Source: Psammoneis japonica (lineage: Eukaryota). Taken from it: a DNA stretch of 64,000 nucleotides. The position numbers and the translations under genes are program-made. The notes under the pieces are model-generated. The model searched no databases and was not told the origin of the DNA. It saw only the letters and a program-made list of their open reading frames with translations. This document shows, piece after piece, positions 25,330 to 39,533 of the stretch; position 1 is the stretch's first letter; every line of letters starts with the position of its first letter. The stretch lies in the NCBI GenBank assembly GCA_008632985.1, contig QPGO01000040.1, positions 439,719 to 503,718 on the forward strand, in the 5' to 3' direction.

Positions 25330-27710
25330 TGCATGTTAAAATTGCAAGAAAGCTCAAAATGTGATCCAGAAGATTTTGCGAGGACACCCAACAATGCAGT
25401 GTGTGTGTGCATGCCCCCCCCCCCTCAAGAAGAGCCACAAATCAAGATGGACCTGTGCAGCCTCCTGAAGCCACACCAGTTTGTGTCAAGTTCAGTGGCC
25501 TGGAGAGATTTTCAAATGGGCTGCAGCAAACAGCTTTGCGTTTGCAGTGCAGCCCTCTCCACCAGCTCTTCTTCTTGTTTTGCTGTGTGAGAAACACAAA
25601 ACACAAGAAGTGCCAGGGGGGCAACTGTGAAAGAGAGGCACCAAGTTTTGCTGCCCTCAATCAACTGAGTGAACTGCCTGTCCTTTCCAGCCAGCTTTCA
25701 AAAATGACACCATGCCTCTGACTGACAATGACCCTCTCAAAACTGATGTGTCAAATGCTGTGCTCAGTTGCTTGGTGGATGCTGGTGCTTTTCTGTGTCT
25801 TGCACCTGCAAACACGCAATCTCCCTTGTTGCCACCAGGAGCACACAACAAGAACCAATCTCTGCTCACTCAAGGTGAGGCCAGCTCTCAAGGGAACAAC
25901 TGGCACTCTGCACCACTTTGCTCAGCAAAAGAGCTTGCATTTTGTGGCTTGAAGAACAACAGTCTGGTGATGGTCATGACACAATTTTGCCATCATCAGA
26001 AGCCATGACAACACGGCCAAAGTGGAAATTTGGACCCAACTTGAAATCAAGAGAGCCTCAACTCCACCAAGTTTTTCTTCTTCTGTGTGGTGCTCTGGGG
26101 AAGCATTTCTGAATGGGCTTCAAGCTGCAATGCAGCAGGTTGGGTTGGCAGCTGGCACTTCCCCGAGAGCAACACAAGGCCTGGCTGGTTGCCTTTGTGT
26201 TGTCACACCTTGCCAGCAGAAGAGAGTGGGTGCATTGTTGGCTGGCTGCAGCTTTTGCTGAATGGGGCAGCACAACTCAATTGCTGCCGCATTCAGCGCA
26301 CCATTTTGTCAGCTGCATCGCAGTTCATGAGAAAGAGCATGCACACTTTGGCATCTGTGCCATGAGGTTTCTGCAGGTGCATGACCAACTTTTGTGCACC
26401 TCACAACCATGGCAACTCCCAATGGCAAATGACACACCAACAGCAGCCTCTGAGAGGTCCAAATCATGTTCAGGCACACCCTCATCTTTCCTTTGTGGAC
26501 TCTTGCTCTCCAATCACACAAAGCCATTGTGCTGGGCTTTTTGCATCATCTCCATCTTTGTCTTTGCAGGAAGCTGCCCAAGCTCTTGAATTCACCTGGA
26601 AAAGAAGCACCTGACGAGCTTGTCATTGCACACTTGTGTGGCAAAATGTTCCTCAACACACTCTTGTTTGGCTTTTTGTTCACACATGGCTCATGCACAC
26701 AACACTCTTCAGAGGGAGCAAAGCTTGCCATCCTCACACTCTCTTTTTCTTGTCATCCAAGTGGGTGCTTCAAGCCATCTTTCTGGGCCAGAGTTGAGTG
26801 CAGGGACCAAAAGCCATCACTTCCTTCTGCCAGTTCTTGCAAAAAGACCAGGCAGAAACAAACAAAATTTTGTCAGAAATGTCGCAAGCAAGCGCACAAG
26901 AAGAGATTGGCTTCTCAAGGGCTCCTTCTACATGGGTCAAGCAAATGACAAGTTTGGGTGGAATTTTCATGAGAACAACCAAGCCCACCTTTGGCATGGA
27001 CTCATTGAGAAACATTGGCCCCTTGTTGCAGCCCCATGTGCTGAAATGGCCTTGTTTCAGCAAACCATCTTGAGACAAAAACTGGCATGCACCTCATTCT
27101 TTTCTTTGGCACCCTTGCATCTTGCACGCCTCATGGTGTTTTCTGTCTGTGTTGGCCCATTTCAAAATTGTTTCAAAGTCAGAATGCCAACTTTTGTCCA
27201 CATGCCCGTCTCCCCCTCCTCCTCTTGGAGAGCAGGCAGCCGCACAGCTTGTTTCTTGTTGTCTGGGAGCAGATGCACTCAAGATTTCTGGCCAAAGCAA
27301 ACAAACCCATTGCAAAAAGACAAAAAAGCCAAATGCTGGCCACCAAAACATGATTTCACAATTTGGAGCAGAGTCAGACTGCAGCCAAGAAACACCAAGA
27401 GAGATGGAAGAAGTGGCTGTGTGAGCACATGGAACGTTGCGATTTGTGTGCAAGCACAGTGTTTTGGCAGCTGAGGAGAAAAAGTGTGACAGCATGGTTT
27501 TTTTTGTTCCCTCCATGATTTCCTAATGCCTCACATGCTCATAAAACACGCGAAGCACTCTCAGGCAAAGTGTTTGTAGAAGTGCTTTGCAGCCACAGCA
27601 CTTGGTGCTGTCTTTTCCAAAATGTCTGTGTGTGCAACAGTGTGAGGCGCCAGAGCAGGTGACACACCACCAAATTGCAGTCTGCCAATGAGGAGGTGAT
27701 TTCATGTCAC
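25330..27710 (-). pseudogene. Block C: hypermutated copy of the SET-domain gene and its flanks (partner ~32900-35400)
   Basis: ~26960-27330 aligns to ~34640-35010 (e.g. ATAGACTCGT vs ATGGACTCAT). ~25445-25550 aligns to ~32955-33050. CG/TA nearly absent. Confidence 0.85.
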
Positions 27711-27910
27711 AGAGGGCGGCGGCCTCGGGATTGTCGTGGGAGAATGGAATGCAGGTCTACACGTCACGAACGAAACCTCCGTGTTGAAGATTCGACGACA
27801 TTCCAACGCAAATCATACGACGCAGGCCAGACATTTGCGCGGGAAAGGCAATCACTACACTTGAGTAGAAGCTTCTCATTTTTTCGACTGGATGATTCGT
27901 TCAGCTGACC

Positions 27911-29449
27911 ATGACGATTACCTTTGCCGGAGAACGCTTTCTTGCCCCAGACACGGGTCTTCCCGACTATGAATCAGAGCGATTCTGGATCGTCGTGAAA
28001 GCAATTATTGTTGTCTTTGTTTTCGTCGTGGTTTTGCCCGTCACACTGGCGACTCCGGTTGCGGATGAAATTGTGGTTAGGCCAGAACGCAACAAGCAAC
28101 CGACAAGCAAGGCAAACAAAAGGGGAAAGAAGGTGGTTGAAGAAATCAAAGAGGGAGAGACCAAGAAAGAAGCTCCTGTACAAGCTCCACTTTTGCTCCT
28201 AAACATTTTGGTAAGGCAACTTGCAGTCTGAATCGTATCATTGACAGTCAAACCTCCATATTAGAATTCGCATTCGCCACACCGACAGCACCAATATTGC
28301 TCTCTCACAGTTTCACATGCCATCTTACCTTGCCGTTATTCTCTCTTTATCAGTGCATGTTTACACTATTGGCCTTGATCATGACGTCGTCCAACAACAA
28401 ACTAACGGCGAGATCTTCGTTTGCCGCTCCGCTCTTTTCTGAAGAGGAATGCCAAACAATTCTGGATTTTTCTCACAAGGCGGCCCAAGCCAATGCGAAA
28501 CAAAATCCTGGCGATGAGCTCCTGTCACTTTCGCCAGTTGGGTGGCGAAAAGACCGGCACAAGTCCTACCCCACCACCGATTTGAACGTTGTTACTGACC
28601 CATTTACCAAGGAAGATCGATTGTTCTTAGCGGAACGTCTAAACAAGAGGCTTGGTCCTCTTATTGAACGTATCTATGGAATTACACCAGCGGCGATTCG
28701 TGCCAATGATGTAAGTATGGACACTTATCGTAAGTGGTATTATACTGAAACTTGTCTAAACCTTCACGTTATTGTTCTCTGCGTAGATGTTTGTGGTTCG
28801 ATACGATGCCACCAAGGGACAGTCTCATTTGCGACGACACACGGATTCTTCTCATGTGACTTTCAACGTGCTGCTGAATGACGAATTCGAGGGTGGTGGC
28901 ACTCGCTTTCATAACAGATGGACCGAACAATACAAGACGGTGAAACCCGAGGTGGGACAGGTTTTGATTAACAATGCAAACATTGTCCACGAGGGAATGC
29001 CCACCACTGGTGGGACGCGGTACATTTTGGTGGGCTTTACATCAATTGATCGATTTGATCCCTTTACTAACAAATCAACAGGACTTTCTTGGTTTGCCTC
29101 GTGGTTGTCCTTACCGTGGGTACAAGTGAGAATGAAGGAGGGGACGGAAAGTTGGAGAAAGCAGCGGACTCATCCGATTTTCAACAACAAGTACTTTCAA
29201 TCACTCTTTCGCGACATTCATGTAGCCTTCACGTGTTTGGAAGATTGGTTGGCGCCACACCGGATCGTAACGGTAGTGGAGACTGCCAACACCACTCAAT
29301 ATCTAGCGACACTAGATGCCTCGGATGATTCATTGTCGGGAAATGCAACGTGGTTCTCGGGTCAACAAATCAACGTCGACGTGGATGGTACCATTACGGA
29401 GATGTGGAATAGCCGACAAAGCAACGAAAGAGCCTTTCGAGAACTGTAG
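27911..29449 (+). CDS. 2OG-Fe(II) oxygenase (PLOD/P4H-like catalytic domain) with N-terminal TM segments, copy 1
   Basis: HTD..FNVLLND.FEGGGT.F, VHEG and RYILVGF motifs. Introns 28211-28333 and 28711-28786. Confidence 0.85.
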
Positions 29450-29779
29450 TGAAATAGATTGTGGGCGATTAAGCCCACTGTTAAACAAAAACTCAATTCG
29501 TAACTAATTCGTTTCGTAATGGTGTTGCTACCAACATTGGAAAAAACGCACGAAGCGCACTTCTTTCTTCCCTGCTTTTAGAGTCAATAGAAGCGCAAGG
29601 ACACTCTAGAGGGGTCCTTTTCTTTTCGTCTGTTGCTTGCGTAGCAGCAATTTTGCGGCTCGGTTCTCTGCACTGGATCATTAATCCGTTCCATTCTTAC
29701 CGTGAAACAAAGTCCCTGAGGCGACACATGCTCGTCGGTAAATGCAACGTGGCTTTTGGCCCGACCAGACGATGAGAGT

Positions 29780-32700
29780 GCCACACGACAGACCTGTCTT
29801 CCACTGCTTCTGTTGGATGGTAATGCCATGCGACAAGTGATTCCACAGAGAATCCACCAGCAGATTGTTCAAATGTCTTGGCATTGTCTTTCCCTTGGAA
29901 AGCTGGCTGCATTTTTGTTAAGACATTGGTTGAGTGCCAGGGCACAGCTGCAATCTGAATGGTGCCAACGGGACATTCATTGGGGTCTGGAAAGCACACT
30001 GATGGAAAGGAGCTGCACTGTGCTAGAGTCCACACAAAATCTGCCATCATTGAACTGAGGCCACTGTCCACACAGAATTGGCTGTTCCTTGCCAGCCCAC
30101 CAGGCTCCTCTTTTTTCAACTTGCATCTTGACAGAGTTCATGTTGCACTCCAAGAACCAAAGCACAAGTTCTCATCACTTGAATGACCAGCCAAGAGATG
30201 TGCTGCCAGAGAGCACACCAGCAGCAACTTGAATGGGTGGCATGTGGCTGACTGTGGCTGCTGCATGCACCCACTCTGGCATTTTCTGTAAAGCCACAGT
30301 GCAGGGATGCCGTCATTTTTCTGAAATTGCTCTGCTGTGTCCAAAGGCCCAGCTGCCAGCCCCAGCTCATTTCAGACTCCTGCAATGCAGCCAGCATGTC
30401 AAGATCTGATGGTTGACATTTCTTTCTCTCTGCTGGACTCAAATCTGGCTGAGGATGAGGAGCACATGAAGCACTGTGTTGGACCCATCATCTCTGTGGT
30501 GCCCCTCAAGTTTCCAAGGCTGCTCCACCAGATTGGCTCCATCTTTTCAGCAGACAAATGTGCGCTTGTTGATCAGGGTGGTGTGAGCAACATTTTGAGC
30601 ATGATGGCTGACGTGGTGGTGCCATGCACTCTGCCAGTGCGGATGCCTCCAGCCAGAGTGGCTCTGTTGAACACAGTCACTCAACAGTGGCAAATGTGAT
30701 CCAGGCAATTTTCCATGCATTGCAAGGTCACCTTGAATCTGGCTTTTTGTGATGTGAGAATCATGTGTCAACAAAATTTTGGTGAGTGTGAAACTTGTTT
30801 TCTCAGCCGAGCTGCTTGTGACAAGTGTTCCCACACATCCACACATGAACACAAGCACATTTTTCTTCTTTTTTGGCAGGTGGATGACTTTTCAACCAGC
30901 ACATGACTGCAAGAGTCATGACACGCGATCAAAATTTTCACAAACCTGGCATGGCTCCTCAGCTTGCTGCTGGAGAAGATGACACACTGTCCACGCATCT
31001 TGTTTTTTGCAAGGAGAGTTCAGTGGGACCAATGTTCACCAGTGCAATGACTTTGCATTGCTTTCATGCCACAGCTGCATTGACTGTGTCCTGATGTTGC
31101 ATGGTTGGCTCATGGTGGCCACTGATGAACACACTTCTGATTGTCAGGAGGTGACCCCACTCCCAGTTGAGTCAGTTTTCAAGTCACACTCTGAAGTTGG
31201 GCCTGTCAAGAGCTTGTCCAAACACAATGAATTGGCCATGGCTCAGAGCCTTGGCCATCGCAGCCAACCTCCTTGGCGAGTTGCTGTTGTGTGCACACGT
31301 CATTTGTCATCTTGGCATCAGCCATGACATCATGAAACTTTCCACCAAGCTCACCTTCTTGCTGGCTCCAGTTCACCACACTGCCTTGAAGGGTGTCACA
31401 AAGTGCCTTTGATGCATGAGATGCACTCCAGCCCCACAATGAGGGCATGACTGCATGTGACATGGGTCTGCAGAATTCTGCATGCAAGCTCTGCCACTTG
31501 TGTTCTGGTCAATGGATGTGTTTGTTTGCAGTGAATTCAAACCTCTTCGTGCTCAATGCTTTTGAAAAACTGCCTTTGCCAGAGCATTCTTAAGACATCA
31601 AAGAGTGGCTTTTGGCAAAAAAATGTCAAAAAGTTGTTGAGTGAAGAACCACCTGACAATTGCACTGCAATCTGCAAGAAACCCAAGAATGGCTCTTTGC
31701 CATCTGCTCATCCTTTTGAGCATCTTGTGGTGAACCCATCACTGCCTGAATTTCCTTGTGCTGACTCACCCCCCCCCCCCAACCGGCGGCTTTCTTGGAT
31801 GCCACATGTGCAGCAATGATCTCTGCAGCTGCCTTTCTGCCACAGGGCATGGGTGTTTGTTGGCAGGTGGTGTGATTTCATGTAGATGCAAGATGCAATG
31901 ATCTGTCGCTGCAATGAACTCTGTCAAGGCTGTGAGCTCTGCACTGCTGGTCCTGCTCCTTTGTTTGTTGACAGCAAGCTGACTGCCCGAGCGCACTCAC
32001 ACCACATTGATGTTCAGTGGCCACTCGTGCTTTAAGATTGGAAGGAAGCTGGGCAAATTGTCGCTTGACATGTTTCTGGCATTGTTGACACAAGTGATCA
32101 TGCCCAGCACACTTGTCAGCTTGTGGGACACCACTGGTGCTGAGACATGTGTTTGTGATTCTTTGGTCATGATCTGGTTTGCAATGCATGCTGCTTGCTG
32201 ATCACACCACCTCTCCCTTTTGTTCTGTCTCTGATCTGCATTGTCCAGCTCAGACATGTTGGATCAGGGGAGGGTGTCAGCCAATGGGTCACAATGTGGT
32301 GTGTGGCCAGACTGTGTTTGTGAATGATGGTCAGACGCATGGCTCAAACAGCCGAGCAGATGTCTCCTTCTTGCTCTTGTTCGCTGTTTCTCATGTTGTC
32401 ACAGTTGCCCATTTGCACATCACAGAGATCCCTCAAGCTTGTTTTTCTTGCTGCTTCCATTCCAACATCTGCAGCTGAGATCCCCCTTGGAACAACACTG
32501 GGCACATTGGCCTGCTCTGCTGTTGTCAGCACTGTTTTGAAGTGTGCCTGAAGCAGCTTCTTGTCAATGAGGGAAAAGCTCCTCCTCATGCCAACTTCAA
32601 TTTCTCTGGCACAGTTGTTCTGTGCAGGAGGGACACCATTGACTGCTGGCACAGAGAGCTTGCCAACCTTGATGAATTGCTGCAGATTGGGATTGATTGA

Positions 32701-33260
32701 CTTTTTCATTTTGTGCACACTCAACCGTGGTGGTTTGCTGGGCCAAATTTGCCCCAAATGAGGTCACCAACAAGAGACTTTGTCTTGCATGGACAAGTGA
32801 TCACTTCTTCAATGATTTCCACTTTTGACTGAAAATCCATGTTTGAAGAGCTCCAACATTCATTTTGTCAGCTCTTGAAGCATGAAGCTGCCCAGCAGTG
32901 CCACGCTTCTGACTTCCAAGGCTTCCAAGAACATTGTCTGCCCATGCCAGGTTGAGATGGATCTGTGCTGCCTCCTGAAACCATTTTGTGTCAAGTTCAG
33001 ATTTTCAATTGAGCTGCAGCAAATGGCTTTCGATCTGCAATGCAGCCTGTTCCCCTTCTGCTGAGGGACATCATCATGAATGCCGGGGGTGGGGTGGGGT
33101 GGGCAACTGTGAAAGAGGGGTGTGCCAAGTCTCGCAAATTTGCACCATTTCAGCAAGAAGAATCTGGTGATCATGATGCCAAAGAATCTGTCACACAATC
33201 ATGCCAGCATCAGGAGCCACGACAGCAGCAAAAGTGGCAACCGCGGACCTGACTTGAAAT
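29780..33260. pseudogene. Block D: decayed LRR 3' end (~30100-30450), an unidentified ~2.4-kb decayed insert, and decayed flank shared with block C
   Basis: 30110-30230 aligns to 38385-38500. 32955-33300 aligns to parts of 25445-26090. Whole block is CG/TA-depleted. Confidence 0.7.
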
Positions 33261-33498
33261 CGAGAGAGCTACGATTCTGTGAGGTTTTTCTTCTGGGCCT
33301 TGTGTGTACTTCCACTGCAACAATGATGGTGTGAGCATGCAAAAAACATGTCTTTCATTGGCGGATAGATTAAAATAGTTTACAATCTGTGGCGCTGCTG
33401 CTTTCCTGAGACGATCCCGCACTCTCTGCTTGATTAAAGGGCTGCATGCAGTGCAAAGGTTGGATTATGGCTTGCTGCACTCTACTTGATTCCCCAGC

Positions 33499-35040
33499 TC
33501 ATTCTGACGACTCGGCCATTGAATTCACGCGAGCAAAGGCGCGCATCGCATTTCGACGAACTTTTTCGTACACACTTAAAAGCAGTTGGTGATATTCGGT
33601 CAGCATTGTCCAATGCGGATGATGAGCCAAAAACTTCTCGTTTACTTGTGGTACGGGCCCGAGCTTGGAAAGGACATTATCGGCCTCTTGAAAAAGACAG
33701 AACCATACTTTCTTGGCGTACTTATGATGCATGTCATTCAATGCATCAGTGTCATTGGTAGAAGCAAAAAGGGATTCCACCATTTTCAAGTCTTGTGCAG
33801 CAGCGATAATCTCGCTTGGGTTTTTACCATTGTAGAGGTCACGGAGAATGACAAAGTAGAGCATGGCGTCAACCACTCGGTCTGGAATGGCGCCGTCTTC
33901 AACACGAAATGCAATGGTCTTGTAATCCATAAAGCCCAGTGCAAGTGCTTTTTCTTCGACTTCTTTGCTATTATACGACGAGAAGGAATTAATAATGGAC
34001 GTAGCGGGTAGCATGTCAAGCGACATATCACAGAAACCATAAACCACGGGGAAGCGAGGGGCGAAATGCTCATGCCCATAATTCAAAAAGTGTTCATCAT
34101 TTGAATCGTCGTCGAGTGATGCAAGGTTCATCATTAGCACCGCGTCTTCTATGGACCCTTGCTCGACAAACACCGAGCCATTGGATCGGTGATTGAACAA
34201 ATCTCCCAAACAGACAAGATTCATTACATCGTCTCCATCTTTATCCTTGTAGGAAGCTACCCAAGCTCTTGAGTTCATAATGGAAAAGACCCACCTGACG
34301 AGCTCGTCATTGTATTTGTGCGGTAAAATATCCCTCAACGCATTCTGATAGACATTTAGCTTTTTGTCCACGCGATTCATGTAGGACTTGAGAGGGAGTT
34401 TGTTAGCATACTCTCTTTCCTCGTCATCCCAATAGATGCTTGAAGCCATCTTTTTTGGCCAGAATTGAATGTAGGGGTACCAAAAGCTATCGCTTCCTTT
34501 GGCCGTTTCTTGCAACAAGACTAGAAACAAACAAAATTCGGAAACGTCGCAAGCAAGTATACAAGAATGGCGTTCCAGGCTCTTTCTGGCTAGTTTCTTG
34601 AGGGATCCATCCACATGGGTAGAAGAAATGACGAGTTTGGGGGGAATCTCCATGAGAACTTCAGAAAGCCCACCTTTGGCATAGACTCGTTCCGTAACAT
34701 TGGTCCCCTTTTTGCAACCCCATGCACCGAAATAGTCTTGTTTCAGCAAAGCATCTTGAGCCAAAAACGTGACATGCGTTTCATTCTTTTCTTTGGCGTC
34801 GTAGTACGTCTTATAATACTTTGTGACTGTGTTGGCCCATTCCAAAACTGGTTTAATGTCGGAACGCTGACTTTCGTCCGGGCACCCCTCTCCTCCTCCT
34901 CTTGGGAGAGCAGACAGCCACGCAGCTCGTTTGTCACCAAGGAACGGACGACGTTCAAGATTTCTGACTGAAGCAAACGAACCCGTTGCAAACAGACAGA
35001 AAAGACAAACGCTGCCTGCCAGAACGTGATATGATTTCAT
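33499..35040 (-). CDS. SET-domain methyltransferase (Rubisco LSMT/SETD3-like) with signal peptide
   Basis: SFWYPYI..W, WVFSIMNSRA, DLFNH and FLNYG..VYGF motifs. Single 500+ aa ORF. Confidence 0.85.
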   Translation of the reverse strand: MKSYHVLAGSVCLFCLFATGSFASVRNLERRPFLGDKRAAWLSALPRGGGEGCPDESQRSDIKPVLEWANTVTKYYKTYYDAKEKNETHVTFLAQDALLKQDYFGAWGCKKGTNVTERVYAKGGLSEVLMEIPPKLVISSTHVDGSLKKLARKSLERHSCILACDVSEFCLFLVLLQETAKGSDSFWYPYIQFWPKKMASSIYWDDEEREYANKLPLKSYMNRVDKKLNVYQNALRDILPHKYNDELVRWVFSIMNSRAWVASYKDKDGDDVMNLVCLGDLFNHRSNGSVFVEQGSIEDAVLMMNLASLDDDSNDEHFLNYGHEHFAPRFPVVYGFCDMSLDMLPATSIINSFSSYNSKEVEEKALALGFMDYKTIAFRVEDGAIPDRVVDAMLYFVILRDLYNGKNPSEIIAAAQDLKMVESLFASTNDTDALNDMHHKYAKKVWFCLFQEADNVLSKLGPVPQVNEKFLAHHPHWTMLTEYHQLLLSVYEKVRRNAMRAFARVNSMAESSE

Positions 35041-36167
35041 TGTTTGCACAGAATGCAATCAAGGCGTCTGAACCAAGAACGCTGCCGCAAGGAACACTGA
35101 GAGGGACACGAAGTGATTGTGAGCACGGAATGTCACGATTTTGTGCAAGCCATGGTTTTGCAACCGAGGAAAAAAAATGGTGACAGCGTGGTAATTCTTT
35201 TTGTTCCCTCGACGGTTTCGCAATGCGTCACACGCTCACGAAACACGCAAAAGCACGTTCACGACAAGTGCTCGCACTCCGCAGATCCGCAATGTCTGTT
35301 TGCGACGATGTGAGGCCAGTGCAGGACGTGTCACAATTACGACATCGATGAGATTATTTCACATCGCTGACGGTAGCGGCCTCGGAAGTGTCGTGGGACG
35401 GGATGCAGTGCAGTATGGAGTTACGACTAGCACAATGTGAACTGTAAAAAACGTCCCGAACACCCGTATCGCATTTTTTGTACAACAATATTTAACGATA
35501 ACGGTTTTTAGCAAATAATTAGGGCATTTTTACAGATGTAACCCATACAATTTGTACTCAAAAATCGATACTTGCAACACAATTAGAAGATTTTTCATAT
35601 GTTTCCTATTCAAATTGGAACTCAAATTTTGATATTCTTTTACAACTCCGACTGCTTCATAATCAATAAACAAGTTCGAATGTTTTATTAAAAGACGTGG
35701 CCGGCGTTTCGGTCCATTTTGGCGGCTCCGACATTTGAATTTACTTAACACCAGACATTTCTATAGGACATCAGTTCGTAGAACCTTAAGTACGTAGACT
35801 GGTACAAATTCTACATCATGAGTCATGTGCAGTCATTTTACATACCGATCATTCAGACATGAACTATATATACAAATACAAAATATGCAGTTCGTTATGG
35901 TCTATTTTGCACATTGTGCTAGTCGTAGCCTCATAGGATCATGAGGGAAATCCTGGGGAGCGGCATTAACGTAATTACATATAACAATAAACTGGAATGT
36001 ACACGTCACAACCGGAAACTCCGTGTTGAAGATTCGATGATGATTCAATGCGAGGCTACGGACGCCAGACAGACATTTGCGCGGGAAAGGCACGCATACA
36101 TCACGCATCAATCAACACAACCAAGGGTGAAGCTTCGCGATTTTCTACTGGATTCGTTCAACTCACC

Positions 36168-37712
36168 ATGACGATTACCTTTGCCGGAGAACGCTTTCTT
36201 GCCCCAGACACGGGTCTTCCCGACTATGAATCAGAGCGGTTCTGGATCGTCGTGAAAGCAATTATTGTTGTCTTTGTTTTTGTAGTGGTTTTGCCCGTCA
36301 CACTGGCGACTCCGGTTGCTGAGGAAATCGTGGTTCGGCCAGAACGCAACAAGCAACCGACAAGCAAGGCAAAGAAAAGGGGAAAGAAGGTGGTTGAAGA
36401 AATCAAACAGGAAGAGACCAAGAAAGAAACTCCTGTACAAGCTCCACTGTTGCTCCTGAACATCGTGGTAAGGCAACTTGCAGTCTGAATCGAATCATTC
36501 CAATTCACATTTATAATTGTTTCTCCCTCATTAGAGTTCGCAACACCAACAGCACCAATATTGCTCTCTCACCATTTCAAGTGTCATCTTACCTTACATT
36601 ATTCTCACTTTTTCAGTGCATGTTTACGTTATTGGCCTTGATCATGACGTCTTCCAACAACAAACTAACGGCGAGATCTTCGTTTGTCGCTCCGCTCTTT
36701 TCGGTGGAGGAATGCCAAACGATTTTGGATTTTTCTCACAAGGCGGCCCAGGCCAATGCGGAACAAAATCCTGAAGATGAGCTCCTGGCACTTTCGCCGG
36801 TTGGATGGCGAAAAGATCGGCACAAGTCCTATCCCACCACCGATTTGAACGTTGTTACTGACCCGTTTACCAAGGAAGATCGATTGTTTCTAGCGGAACG
36901 CCTTAACAAGAGGCTTGGTCCTCTAATCGAACGTCTCTACGGAATAACGCCAGCGGCGATTCGTGCCAATGATGTAAGTATGGACATTTCTTGTAAGTGG
37001 TATTATACTGAATCTTTTTAAACTTTCACGTTGTTGTTTCTCCGCTTAGATGTTTGTGGTTCGATACGATGCCACCAAGGGACAGTCTCATTTGCGACGA
37101 CACACGGATTCGTCTCATGTGTCTTTCAACGTACTACTCAATGACGAATTCGAGGGTGGCGGCACTCGCTTTCATAACAGATGGACCGAACAGTACAAAA
37201 CGGTGAAACCCGAGGTAGGACAGGTTTTGATTAACAATGCAAACATTGTTCATGAGGGAATGCCAACCACGGGTGGGACGCGGTACATTTTGGTGGGCTT
37301 TACCTCGATTGATCGATTTGATCCCTTTACCAACAAATCAACTGGGCTTTCTTGGTTTGCTTCGTGGTTGTCCTTACCGTGGGTACAAGTGAGAATGAAG
37401 GAGGGGACGGAAAGTTGGAGGAAACAGCGGACTCATCCGATTTTCAACAACAAGTACGTTCAATCGCTCTTTCGCGATATTCATGTGGCCTTCACGTGTT
37501 TGGGGGATTGGTTGGCGCCACACCGGATTGTAACGGTAGTGGAGGCTGCCAATACCACCCAATATCTAGCGACACTAGATGCGTCGGATGATTCATCGTT
37601 GGCAAATGCAACGTGGTTTTCGGGTCAACAAATCAACGTCGACGTGGATGGCACCATTACGGAGTTGTGGAATAGCCGACAAAGCAATGAAAGAGCCTTT
37701 CGAGAACTGTAG
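36168..37712 (+). CDS. 2OG-Fe(II) oxygenase, copy 2 (near-identical protein to 27911-29449)
   Basis: Same exon structure and catalytic motifs. Only a few amino-acid differences in the last exon. Confidence 0.85.
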
Positions 37713-38358
37713 TGGAATAGATTATGGGCGTGTATGCCTACTGTCAAGCAAAAACTCTCAATTCATGATTCCATTAGTTTCGCAATAGGATTTTCCCAAT
37801 GTTGAAAACACGCAGGGTGTGCCCTTCTTTTCCCCTGATTGTAGAGTCAATACAAGCAAAAGGATACCAGACATCGTTTTATTTTCGTGTGTTGCTTCAG
37901 CAGCGGCTATGGTGCTCTGAATTGAATCATTTCCGTGTCGTTCTTACCGTGAAACAACGTCCAGCGGCGATACATGCTCGTCGGTAAGCACAATGTATGT
38001 GGCTTTCGGGCTGACGGCATATGACAGGTCCGTGCTGTAGACGTGTAGCAAGCATTTCAAGTAGTGTGCTCTTCTGCTTCTGTTGGATGGCAACACCATA
38101 CGACAAGTGCTTCCACAGAAAATCCAACAGAAGATTCTAAAAAATCTCGGCGTTGTCTTTCTCGTGTGAAGCTGGTTGCTTTGGTTATGTATTGGTTGAA
38201 TAGAAAAGGCATGGCTGCAATCTGAATTTTATCAACGGGACAGTAATTGGGTCTAGCAAGCGCATTCATAGAAAGCTACATTGCGCTAGTCTACATGTCA
38301 TCTACCGTCATAGAACTGAGACCCCTGTGCATGTTTACGAACATCCACAAAACACTTG

Positions 38359-39533
38359 CTATTCTTCACGAGCTCTTTTGGTTCCTCTTTGTTCAACTCG
38401 GTTCTTGACATAGTTCGGGTTGTGCTTCAAGAACCAAAACACGAAGTTCTCGTCGCTTCGACGACCCGCCAAGACGTGCGGCCAGAGAGCATCAGGAACT
38501 CCATTTTCCCGACGTAGCAGGTGTCGTCCAGCCTTGTTCATTTTGCAATAGCAGTCCATTTCATCTTGGGATGCAGAGGCGGGCATCTGCACACTTTCAA
38601 GAGAATACGAAGCCTTGCCGATTTCTTCGGGAGAAATGGTGAGCGCATTGCAACCCCCCAATTTTAGCCATTTGAGACTCGGCAGCGATAGAACCTCTTT
38701 GCTAATTTGAGTCAATTGTTTACAGTGCCTCAAATCCAGCCCCTCCAGGTTTCGAAGTGATCCCATTTCGTGAGGCAGCTCTTCAAGGTCAAGAGTGTCT
38801 CTCAAATCCAAGATTGTCAGATTCAACAAACTGCTTGTGCCAATTCTTTGCAAGCATTTTGCAGTGTGTATTGTGACAAGGCATGCAAGCGGAGAGTTTT
38901 CAGATTGGATAGCTGACCAATCTCAACAGGAAATTCAAAGAGACTGTTGCACCCGGAAAGGTGGAGGACTTCCAATTGATGCAACTGTCCCATTCCCGCT
39001 GGCAGCCGAGTGAGAGTCTGGCAAAAGGACAACATCACCCTTTTCAAACTTCTTAAACAGAAAATGTCATTTGGCAGCCCCTTGAGACTTTTGCAGTATG
39101 ACAATTTCAACAGCTCAAGACGCGAGAGCTGATGCAAACTACGAGGCAACCGTTCGAGCTTGAAGCAACAATCCAATCGCAGTTCCTTCAAGCTTGTCAA
39201 TCGCCCAATCTCCTCTGGCAAGGTGACGAGATCGCTACATTCACCAAGCTTCAGCACTTCGAGTTTTGTCAATCTCCCAATCTCTGGAGGCAGTCGCTGG
39301 AGGTTTGCGCAACGCATCAAGTCCAACTGCACCAGTCGGTGCAACATGCCGATCTCAGGCGGCAATTCAACCAATCTTGAGCTCCACACTCTCAGTATTA
39401 TGGCGTTTACGTATCCTTCATAACCTTCTTCAACTATGACATGAACTCCCTTCATAATTCCTAATTCCGAATCTGACAGTCCTGTGACTCGTGCCAGTGC
39501 ACTCTCGATTCTAGCAGATGCGTCGTCCTCCAT
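38359..39533 (-). CDS. Leucine-rich repeat protein (plant-NLR-like LRR units), one frameshift near 38850-38890
   Basis: Repeated LxxLPxEIGxLxxLxxLxLxxC units in ORFs 38823-39590 and 38359-38853. Confidence 0.75.
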
